Shown piece after piece: positions 39,001-51,000 of a stretch of 64,000 bases of DNA. Source of the stretch: Candidatus Omnitrophota bacterium (GTDB lineage: Bacteria; Omnitrophota; Gorgyraeia; Zapsychrales; JANLHA01). A program made the position numbers and the translations under genes. Each line of letters starts with the position of its first letter. The first letter of the stretch is position 1. The notes under the pieces are model-generated. The model searched no databases, had not been told where the DNA came from, and worked only from the letters and a program-made list of their open reading frames with translations. The stretch spans positions 1,178,662 to 1,242,661 of the forward strand of contig OY759724.1 of NCBI GenBank assembly GCA_963662715.1, in the 5' to 3' direction.

Positions 39001-42000
39001 GCGCAAGCCCTTCCGGCATGCCTTTCGTCTGCACCAGGACTTTAAATCCGAGGTTCGTTGCAATATCATGCTCGGCCCAGTCGGAAAGATGGACCAGATC
39101 TTCATCGAGATTCCACAGCCAGTCTCGCTGATACGTGAAGCCTAAGGAATCCAGGCCATGCTGTTCTCCGTGCCGGGCCACATCATAGAAGTTCACCATG
39201 GCGGTTATATTAACCTGGCCTGCCTGCGCATAAATATCCTCTATCGGCAGATGCTCCTCTTTTCCGCTCCAAACTGAATATTCCCGGCCTTCGATATTTT
39301 CTTCAACTTTCCCGCCGTAATCGATAGTGACCACAAACCCTCTCTTCAATGACCTTGATATGATCTGCTGCCATGCCTCAATAGCCGGCTGGACAAAAAC
39401 TTCGGTTCCTTCCGGCAGAGTAACGCCCAAACGGTCCACGTAATCTTCGAGTTGTCTGCTGGACAGTTCGCCGATTTCATCCCGATAAGTGCCGTCCTGC
39501 TCAACCGTGTAGATTTCTTTAAATTCTCCCTCAACGGCTTTCAGCCGATGACCCGGCAGGTCATCGATCAACTCGTTGGACAGGAACACGCCTTCGATAT
39601 CGTGAAGATCTTCTTCGGTGACATCAAGCACGGACTTCTCAATCCAGCGGACTTTACCGGCGAATTCGGCTAATTTTTCTCGCTGATTTGTCCTTAAGTT
39701 AGAACTGAATTCCACAATGACATATTCCAGAGCCTGGAATAACTGCGGCTGATATTCCTTGAGATAGCTCATGATATTCAAGGCATATGTTCCGTTCCCG
39801 GCACCCATCTCCACAACGCTGAACTTGGCCGGCCGGCCCATCTTGTTCCACATTTCGCTAAGCTGATACCCTGTAGAATATCCGAAATATTTCGCTGTTT
39901 TGCGGTCTTCAACATAGGTGTCAAAATCTTTTCCGCGTCCGATCTGCGCGATCCGGCCGTAATATTCTGTCTGGGCCTGCGACATAAACTCGGCAAATGT
40001 TTTTCTGTTCTCAATCGGTGAAGAAGATTTCTTGCCGGAACCTCGATTGCCTTTTAATGTCTTGACCGCGACCATGGATCCGGGGATCCTTTTTTCCAGA
40101 GCGTCGACAATCGTCTGATTCTGGCCTACCGGGGTGAGCACCTTAATCTTCCACTCCGTAAAGCCGTCTTCGATCTCCCGGCTCTCGATCTCTTTGATGG
40201 ACATATTCATCTCGGCGATCCGCTCAGAAACGAGACTTTCCATGCCCGGCCACGGCTCGGTCACAATCGTAATCAGGCGCGGGATCGTCGGCATAGCCTT
40301 AGCGCCCTTAACCTTGAGGATGGCCTGCACATCGTCCTTCATTCCGTTAATCTCTTCAGCCGGGATATCCATATCGATCACCAGGTTATCCCCTTCCACT
40401 TTCTGTTCATGAACGTTGCCGAGATGCTGCGTGATGACCGCCACGATATCTTTAAGCAGACCGATACGGTCATACGGCAGATGCAGGGTCATCTTGCCAT
40501 AGGTCTCTTTTGCCTTGCCTTTTTCGTAATACACGTCAACGACATCAAATTTGACATGTCCTTCTTTAAAGTCCAATTTGGCCAATTTAACATTATCATT
40601 ACCGACAAGCTGGAAGAACTCATCCTGTTCTTCCAGGAGGCCCCAGCGGAGGTACAGGCTGCGCACAAGACCAGCGTTCTGCAAACCTAAGCCTAAGGCC
40701 GACAGGGAATCCCGTCCTTTTTGCGCGGCATTGAAATCAAATTTCTCCAGCAGAAGCACTGTTCTTAGATTCATAGCGTTACGCAGGATAAAGCGGCGGT
40801 TTCTCTCCAGATAACTTCTGCTGTCTCCCGGTTTACCCGGACGGACCGGAGTCAGCGGATTAATGCCAACAATATCCCCGTTCTGCAGCTCATACTTCTC
40901 GCTTCTTATTTGACGGCCCCTGATTTCATAGGCGTCAAAATCATTGCGGATTCTTAAAGTTTCAACCCCTAAATATTCGTCATCCAGTTTATGAATATCT
41001 TTTCTGGCAGCGATGTCCGCCGGGATACTGCCTTTCTTGAGTCTCAAAGTCTTGAAAGAATATTCGTGTCTGCCTTTACGGGTCGGCGGTTCATGGACCT
41101 GGACATAAACCCAGTCGCGAATGGATTCCAGCAAGCGTTCAAAATCAGCATCAAAGTCACCGGCGATATCAACCTGGCGGAAATTAAATTCCTGGTTAGG
41201 ATACATTTCAACCATCTTGTAGAACCAGTGGGCCGCTTTGTTCCCGAAGCGCATAAGATTCAGGTTCGTCTCGTTCATAATCTTAATCTCAAGCGGCACG
41301 CCCTTGACCTTTGTCCATGATTTTGCCGGCAGCATAAGGCCCATATGCAGACTGTCATAACGGTCGAATTTCGCAATCATGCGGTGCTTGGTCCGTTTAG
41401 GAATGATGCTTCCGATGTCGACAAAAATTTCATCGCTATATTCATCAATAAGCGTCAAGGCCTCCCAATAATCCTGGATCTCCCCTTTCACGACCACATG
41501 CAAACCTAACAGGTCATAGAGAGGATCATCCTTGGCCTTCCTCTCCTGCCGTTCGAATTTCTCCGCGATAGAGTAAACGCTCTTGACGCGGGAGCTCATC
41601 GAGAACTTCACTCCGCTTTCTCCAAAAATCTCTTTCAGCCGTTGCTGGAGCTTTCTCTTAACCTCCAGCAACGTCCCCCTGGCTTCTTCATACGTCATGC
41701 CGAGCAGTTCCTCTTCGATCTTCCGCTTCATCTGAACATATTCCTGAGGATGGGCGACCATATAAATTTCATTACGCAGCATGGAGGAGAGATCATCCCG
41801 GCCGAGACGTTCGGCTAACGGTGCGAAAACGTCTTCAACGACCTCTTCAAAATATTTCAATTGTTCCTGCGCCGCCTTATCAATTTTCCTGCCCCGGAAC
41901 TTCTGAATGGTGCTGTAAACTTCCTTGAAGATCTGCGACATGCCCTTAGCGGAACCGGCCAACTGGACGATCATCTCCATATAATTCTGAATGGAGTCGC

Positions 42001-45000
42001 CGCGCTGATACACAGGGATGTCGGTAATGCTCGGGACCCGCGCTAAGCCCTTCTTCACCGCCTTCTTCTTGATCGGCGAAGAGGAATGTTGCTCTCCATA
42101 GAATTCATCCAAAGTTATCATCCTGTCTGTCGGAACCTGTGCCGGCCGCCAGGCCACAATGACAGGAGTCATGATCCCCGGAGTCGTCGGCAGGTAGCCC
42201 CGCAATTCTTCAAAGACGCGTATTTCGGTCAAGCCTATACTGCGCAGATAATCTTTGTAGCGCTGATAACTGGAGACCGCCATGTCATCGTGTTGGATGC
42301 GGACAAAAACCATGGCCGGGCCTTTGACCGGAAGCAGTTCGGGCAACGACCTCTTGATCTCATCAAACACACCTTCGGCAAAGAACGGCTCATTCAAAGT
42401 GATGACGTTGAATTGATGCCGCAATTCTTTCTCAAAACCGGCCTCTTGAGCTGACAGGCCATAAAATTCCGCCTCTCCCTCGTCCGGACTGGTCAACGGG
42501 TCAATGCCGGTCACTCTCTTCAACAGCTCCATAGCTTTGCTGCTGGCGGCTATGGTATTGGCAAACGCATTATCACCCGCTCCGATATCAAGGAGGGCGG
42601 CATCTTTTCCAACATATTGTTCGATCAACCTTAAGAACGTTGTGTCTCCTTGGGTCCACTCTTCGCCGCTTAACCGGGCCTCAGCAAGAACCCCTTGCAT
42701 CCTCTGATCAAAACTTGCGTTCCCTGAGGAGCGGTTGAGCATCGGAGAACTGACAGCGCCCGTTTGAGTTTCACTAGAAGCAATAGAATCGTCTCCTGAA
42801 GCAATTTTTGCTTCAATTGTCCGGGTCATCGTTTCAACAAAATATTCATTCATATCCAACGGAGTTGAGCTCATCAACGTGGAAGCGCCGACGCTGCTCT
42901 TGACAACTGACTTGATACTGCTGCTGACGGTATCGGCTTCTTTGCTTGCCAGGTAAGCCGCATATTCTTCGGCGCTTAACGGCGCAGAGCTCATTAACGT
43001 GGAAGCGCCGACGGTACTCTTCGCTGCTTCCTTGATACTGCTGCTGACGGTATCGGCTTCTTTGCTCGCCAGGTAAGCCGCATATTCTTCGGCGCTTAAT
43101 GGCGAAGAGCTCATTAACGTGGAAGCGCCAACCGATGTTTTTCTCTCAACCGGCTGAACCTGGACTTCATCAATCAATCGTAAGCTGCTTCCCTGGGCCA
43201 CCCGGGCAGCCGGGGTAACAACCTTGGTGTAGACATGGCTCAGAGCCCCGAACGCTCTCATAAGGAACCTCACCAGGAAGTCCAACAAGAACCTCAACAG
43301 CATGGCCATTCTCTTCATCAGGGATGCCATGGTGATATAAATCACTTCCTTTTGCTCAACTGTTTCATCGACAGCCGGGAAGACCAGGCTTATCTCGGCA
43401 TTATCCCGAACCGCGTCTTTTCTGCCCGGGACAATGATCAGGGCTTTCTGCCAGGCAGCAAGGCCTTCATAGGCACGGCGGCCGGCTGAGAGAAGACCGG
43501 TTTCCACCACGTGGCTCTGATGAGAAGAAACCGGCGAAGAAACTTCTTCCAGGACCGGGGAAGAAGAAGCCTTAGGAGCAACCTTGTAAGGTGTGAGCGT
43601 CCAGATAACAGCATTAATTCTTTCCTCATTACCATAAACTAATTTCAGCAATTCTTTTTCTTCATCCGTGAAGCTGATCTTTCCGGCTAATTCTTTGATT
43701 AGAGCATCCCTTTTCTTTGCGCTGGTTTCGGCGGCCGTCGCAATAATTTCCTCTAAATCCTGGGCCAAGGCAGCTGAATTCTCTTTGATCTTCTTCTCAA
43801 TCAAGGCAAGCGCCTCTTCCTTCTTGGCTGCCAGGAAGGCTTCTGTCAGAGCCTTCTCCAACATCTTTTTGGCCTCCTCTTCATCATTACCGTTTAGATC
43901 CTCTAAGGCAGTTCTCAATTCTGCGCTTAAGCGGTTCTGCCAGATATCGTCCTTCTTTTCCGCGATATCTGATTGATTCTCAATCTTCGCTTTTCTCAAC
44001 AATTCATCCGCATCCAATAATTTCTCTACGGCTTTCTCCTGCTCATCTTTATTCTGCTTCTCCATTTCCCCGTACAATGCTTGTCTGGCCTTAGCTCTGT
44101 CATTATCGCGGGTATCTTCCAAAGCTGCCCGGAAGGTCTTCGGAGATTTATACCAGACATCCTCTGTGACTACGTCCGTGACACCGCCCTTGGCTTTCCG
44201 GACTCCACGGAATTTATCCAAAAGACGCTTTAATAATTTCTCCGCCATCTTTTTCAACCCTGTTTTCTTGTTGTCCAGAACTGTTTTCTGTTGATCCTTT
44301 TGGGCTTTATCAATGTCAGCAAACAGCTTTTCTTTGAATTTATCCACATTGTTTTCACTCACATCCAGCAGGGCCTGTCTCAGTTCACGATCCAAATCAA
44401 AGACTTCCAACACTGTCCTGCTGACAAATTCTTTCTTAAGCTGGGAAATTTTGTCTCCTTTTTCCGTCTTTGCTATTCTTGCCCGGGTTTCGCGCAGAGC
44501 TTCAACAACCTCCGGATTTCGGCTGATGGCTTTGATATATCCGTCATAGTTCTTATCTTCTATGACCTTTTGAGCAGCCTCTTCGGCTTTCTTCTTAATC
44601 TGCCCGAAGAGTTTTTCTGCGGCCTTCTGGTGAGTTACGTTGCTCAACTCTCTACGAACCTGGGATAACAGTATCTCCGAAATGCTCTCGACATATGAAT
44701 CCGAACTGACAAACAGTCTGTCAACGCTTTTCAGTAATGCATCTTCCATGCAACCGTCCTTGGCCTTTTCAAAAATCCCTTCTATTTCTGCCAACAATTT
44801 ATATTCTTCAGAATCTCTGTCAACGGAATCAAAGGCCTTTCGGATAACAGCAATAAATTCATCCGCTGTCGTTCTGGCTTCCATGTATTCGAGTAGTATC
44901 GTAATATTACTGAATAACTGTTCTTTAACCGTGCCGGCATAAATCGGCCCAAATTTAATTCTAATCTGCCTTAACCATTCTTCTCTCTTATTGGTTTCTA

Positions 45001-48000
45001 AGACTTCTTTATATTTGCTTACTAAGGCTTCTTGGGAAGCGTCCGGGCCTAAAGCTCTTAATGCGTTCTTCACCCTCTGGAACAAGACATCATGTGATTT
45101 CAGCTCCAGTCCGGTTAAAGACATATACAACTGAACTAACTTTCTGAAGTCTACGCTTGATTCCGAACTCATCAGCATATTGATAAATCTTCTCTGTTCC
45201 GTCCCGTCTTTTTTCAATTCAATCTGCCTGAAGGCGTTTACAGCGGCCGGGTTCTTCAAAACCTGACCGGCCACATATCCGGTGTCGCTGGCCTGGGCAA
45301 ACATCATTTCGAACAGGAACTCCTGGGCTCTTTCTGCATAAACATTAGTCTCCTCCTTAATCTCGGCATCTTTTTCATCCCCGCCCTTTAATATCACCAG
45401 GGCCTTTCTCAGGTCTTCACTTAACAACTCTTCTCTTTTCCAAACAAAATTATTAATAAATTCAAGGCGTCGCGATTCCTTTTCGTCTTCTTCCTCGGTA
45501 GCGCTGATCTTTTCCACGGCTTGCTGGAACAATTTAATTGTTTGCTTCAAAATATGATCCACGGCTTCGCTTAAATTATCCTCAATAAATTTCTCGCTGG
45601 ACACCTGATCAGTAACATTTTTCCCTAAATCACCGCGGATCTCTTCAGCCCGCTTGACTTTTTCCTTGGTCCCGGTGAACAAGCCGCTAAAGAAAGATCC
45701 GGCAAAAATACCTGCGCCGGCAAAAGCGAATAAACCGAGGAAGCCGGACGGAAGGAGAGGCAACAGGAACGAACTGATCAGCCACATGCTCACTCCGGCT
45801 CCTGCGAACCAGCCGAAGACCTTGACCTTAGGATTATCTAATCCGCGTCCTGAACCCGAGCCTCCTTTACCGCCGTTCTGAGGATTATCTGATCCTTGTC
45901 CCTGGCTTGAGCCCGAGTCTCCGTTATCGTTGTTCTGAGGAGCCGGCCCGCGGGTATCGTCTCCCGGGAACATCTTTCTTAACTGTCCGCCGATCCAACG
46001 CGGCACGTTGACAATCAAGCCCAGGATCAGGCCAAGGACCGTCAGTGTCGACATGACCAGAGTTCCTGTCATGTAGAGATTCATATGATCTCTTAAGTCC
46101 TGAAGCTTGAACTTGTTCGTCTTCATAAGCGGATAAACGATGATATAAAGCATCAGCGGGATATACGGGTAACCGCCCATAAGCAGGGATAGGCCGACGA
46201 TAACTGCGGTGGTTAAGGCCCATTTCTTGAATCCGATCTTCTTGAAGAACTGCGGATAATGGGCTGTGAAGTGAACCTTGGCCCAGGTCTTGAATCCGAC
46301 TGTTGTCGGAGTTGAACCCGGATTCAGGAGGAACGGCGCAAACATCGAAGCAAAGGCCATCAAGCTCGGGAACAGCGACCATATGGAACCAGGATTCATC
46401 CAGAGGATCGTACCGCTGATGACAAAGAGGATGCTCGGGATGACCCAGCCGTAGCCTAATAAGTTCACCTGTGCGTACAAGTCGCCCTGAGTAAATAATT
46501 TTTTCGAATCAAAGCCCTTCGTCGGTTTAAACGGTACGACAGTGTCGCGGCCTGGCCGACGTCCGGTAGCGATATAATCCGCCCGGTTCACCAAGGCCTT
46601 CTTCACACCGACCGAGAACGCGTTATAAACCAGGGACATGTAGGTGATCGCCAGAAGCGGGAACAGTTTCAGGAACTTCACTGTACCGCGGACCAGACCT
46701 TTCTCCAGAACTGTCTGCAGATAACCGGATGAGGTGATGGCCTGCGATAAGAAGAAGCCGACCAAACCGAAGATAAGCTCGCTCGGGAACCCGGCAAACA
46801 AGCTCATACCGAACAATACGATGGTTAACAGGTATGTGGTATTGGAAATCACGACAAAAGGCTTGCGCAAGAAGTAGCCGATCGAAGCGACGAAGTGGCC
46901 CAGGGAGCGGCTGAAGCCGACGACCTTGGATTTGTTGTGCTGCCGCAGCATATGACCAATGGCCTGTTCAGCGGCACCAGCCCCGAATTTCTCGGAAATA
47001 CCGACCAAACCAACGTAGACCGCTTCACGGCCTTTACCGGCCTGCATCAATTCCGTGTTCGACACTCTTTCACCCATGAGCGTGGCTTTGTAGGCGCCGA
47101 AGATATCTTCATTGACCCACGGAGCGCTGAAGAGACCTAATTGTCTGAACGATCTGCCCCGGACAAAGTCAGGGTGACCGTAATGGTAGCGGATGCCCAT
47201 GAAGTTCAGCACTCTCTGGACCATGGTAACGAACGTATGGTCACCGAAAGCGTGCACCGCACCGGCCGGAGAGAATTCGTCAGTAAAGATATCTTCCGGA
47301 ACACCGACGATCGCGACCTGATCATCCCGGCGGAACTGTTCCATGACGTTCGGAGCCTTAAAGGTTTCTTCAAGGTAAAGATCCTGGTTCATGTCCATGA
47401 CCATGACGATCTGGCCGCGGGTGAAGCGCAGGATATTATTCTGGTTCATCGGTTTACCCTGACCGGCAAACGGATGGCTGTGCAGGCGGATCGGGTTGAG
47501 GCGGACCACGCGGCCGATGGTGTTGCCGTCCCGCTCAAATTTATGCATAACATCCTCACCGTCCTGTACTTCTCCTGCGCGGTACTCAACCAAGGCACCG
47601 GCAAAACCGTTGATCCTATTGTCCGGATTGTGCAGGTAAGCCATTCTCATGGACGGGTATTTCTTCAGGAGCAAGTGAATATCCTGTATCAATAAATGGG
47701 CTTTAGCACTGTCTTCTTGCAGCAAGTCACCGTAAGGCTGGTCACCGGCGACAAACTCAAACTTCTCGTCAACTTTTGCGAGGATCTTTGCTTTGTAATC
47801 ATATGCGTTATGGAGTTTCTCCTGTTGGCCTTCCAGTTCCTTTCTCAATTTTTCAAGTCCGGCGCGGCGCTCAGCCTTGGCTTCCTCATCTTCCGCAGCC
47901 TCTAATTCCTCTTCTGCCGTGGCGATCTTTTCATATTGACTGAATATGTCATTTAGGACTTCTGTTAAGGCAGCCACAGCCTCTATTTCAGCTTTAAGAG

Positions 48001-51000
48001 CTTCTATTTTCTCCTTCTGCTCTTCAATCTGCTGTTCTACAGCGGCGATCTGGATATTTAACAGCTGCTTTTCTTGCGACTCGCTGTCTTTCTTCGCGTT
48101 CATCTTTGCTATTAACTCTTTCAATCCGTCTTCCTGTTCTTCCAGGATTAATTTTTCATGGCCCATTTCCGCTTCGGCTTTCGCTTTCCGGCTCTCCTGG
48201 TCTGCCAGCAGCAAGCCTTCCAGAGTCGGGAAGTTGACCTTGGCCAAGAATTCATACATTTCTCTGTAGCGCATAATACCGCGGACCGAACGGGACAGCG
48301 GCTGGTAGCGGTAAGACACCCATAACCGGACTTCAAACTGCATATCTTCATCGTTGATATCGAGTTTCTGGCCGTAAGTCAATTGGTCCATGTTCTTGAT
48401 ATCATGCATCTTCCTCTCAAATTCCTGCTTCGAGATATTTTTAGCCGCATAATCGGCTTTCACTTCATTTTCCATTCTCTGAACAAAATTCTTCCATTCG
48501 TGCGGGGCTTTGCTGATGATATACGTCAAGAAAGTGGCATTGGTCAGATATCTTTCGTTGATGGCATCATATTCATCAAATGTCTTGTCGCTGAACGGAT
48601 ACACAATGGTTTCAAACAGGAACGGCAGGGCCACACTCATGGTATACATTTTCTCCCAGATCGGAGTCTGATCCATATCCATGAACAAGCTGGAGAGGAA
48701 GTATTTGATACGGGCCTGCACCCTTTCCGTTTCCGGAACGGCTGAGAAGTCAGGCCGTCCTGTAACCTCACCCGTTAAGAAGTTATATTTTTCTTTGTGT
48801 TTTATGTCGTACCGCAATTTATCGGCTTGGTCGTCACTGAGTAAATCATCCTCTCTCAGGGCATTGATGATCATGTTCCAGGCCTCGGCCCAGGCAATCG
48901 TCTTCTGTTCGTCTGTCAGATCCACACGGGACATCACCCAGGTATCCTTGCCCTCTTCATCTTTAACCTTCCTGGCGCTGACGTGGGAGGCCGGCAAGTT
49001 CTTGTTCTTGAACTCTTCGGCGGCGCTTTCCAGGATATCATCAACCGAATCTCCGCCGATCTTCTCCAAGCCGTAATGAGCTAAGATCACGTTCAGGAGC
49101 TTTAAGGCAAGCATTCCGCCCAGGATGATGCCCAAAGCCGGCCAGCTGATGAATCCGAGCGCGGCCGTCGGCCAGAGGAGTTTAACGGCTGTGAACCCGG
49201 CCAGAACATAAAAGGCTTTCGGAACATAATCTTTTAAGGTTTCTGTGAGGGCGGCTCCGACTTTGCCCGTGATGCTGTCTTTTGCCTTGACCTTGCCTTT
49301 GATGCCGGACCAGGTGAGCACGCGGTTGTTACCGTTCCATTTGGCGATGATGTAGCCGAGCGCGCTTTCAATGAGGTAGAAGTAAGCGAAGATATCCAGC
49401 AAGAAGATCATGAAGAACACGGAGAAGGCCCCGGCCAGGAGAATGACATTCCCGAACGGCAGGACAGCGGTTCCCAAGCCCGGCAGCATCCAGGAGCTCT
49501 TGAACACAATACTGAGCGGCACAGCGAGCCATTTCCAGATATACAGGTTGAAGACAAACTTGGCGAGGAAGGACAAGCCCATGACGATACCGGCACGGAT
49601 CTTTCTTCCGGTGTTTCCGTGCAGTTTCTTCGGATTAATTCCGGCATCCAGCGGCTGGATATCCCACTCATCATGATCCAGGGTCTTCTTCTGCGAATAA
49701 ATCTTATCGATCTTCTTGATACCGAAGTACACCAAGATTGCCAGTCCGACAACGATGCCTACACCCGTCAGCCAGGACACTAAGGAGGCGCCGGCCAGGG
49801 CCGGGACCTTCCAGACCCCGCTCCAAATCAGACCGTAAGAGGAGGCAACGATCGTGCCGAGCAGGGTGGCAATGATCTTGTTGAAGTTGATGACGATCTT
49901 GAACCAGCCCAGGAGACCGAACTTGCTGGTCTGCACATCCGGATAAACTTTCCTGATATAGTCGTTGACGCAGATGGCCTTGGCCCCTGGCCCTGCCGGC
50001 AACTTATTGACATTAGCCGTGCGCATAAATTCAAAGGCTTCCTCAACATTTCTGTCAGCTGTCTTGTCCTTCTTTACATCCCTATAAATTCCAACAATAT
50101 CCTTTCTCACCTGCTCTTCGATCAGGTCGCGTCCGGTCTGGCCGTTTTCATCCGGCGTCTCATACCAGGTAATGAACTTCGGTGAACGGAAGTACATTTC
50201 AACTTCGTCGTGCTGAATGACATCGGCGTTAGTGCGACCGCCCTTGGCTTTAGCGACTCTCTGGTGCAGGGACAGGATGACAGACCAGAGCCGGGCCTCC
50301 TGCTTCTCAATGACCTCGCCGATCTTCTTTTGACCGTAGCGTCTGAGTCTCAAGGCTTTATAGAATCGGTAGAAATCAACGGCAGATGTGACGTGCGCTG
50401 TCTTATCAGATGCCAAATTCACGAGATAGTAGAGATACATTTCTTCAAGACCGAAGTGATTGTCGATCTGGTCGAGTTCATACTTCAGGACTTCTGCATC
50501 AAGCGCTTTGCCCATGATCCTCTCGAACCAGTCCCGGTAGCGCTTGAAGAATTCCTTGATAAACTCTTCTTCGGAAACACCGCTGTACAGGTCATTCTTC
50601 ATTTCGCTGGTCAGCATGGTCTTGGCCATCAGGGCCACAGATTCCTGGAAGCCGTAAGCCGGCAGGTATTTGATCTTCGCCAGGATTTCTTCAATATTCT
50701 TAATACCCTTCCGGTCCAGTTTCACTTCTTCCGATTGAGGTGCAGGCTTCTTGTCCTTCTTCAGCCCTTTCTTCCGTAATATCTGGCTGATCCAGGCAAC
50801 GATCTTTCCGATGATCAAGATACCCAAGAGGTAGGCTCCGCCCAAGCCGCCGACGACCTTCCATGACCGGCCTTCTTCAAGCCATTTCTGGAACAGTTTC
50901 GGACGGGCCTTATCGATCAGGTCATCATCGTTATAGGTATATTCCTGTTCATAAATCTGTCCTGGAGATTCATCGTCTTTGACCAACCGGTAATTTTCCG

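Noticed and set aside
45660-50880. Eukaryotic contamination as the origin of the GT48 segment
   Set aside because: The segment is continuous, intron-free and in the same frame as the flanking bacterial-type domains (SLT and LytM upstream; methyltransferase, RelA/SpoT and others downstream). There is no compositional break at its borders that I can see by eye. Coverage would need checking to be sure.
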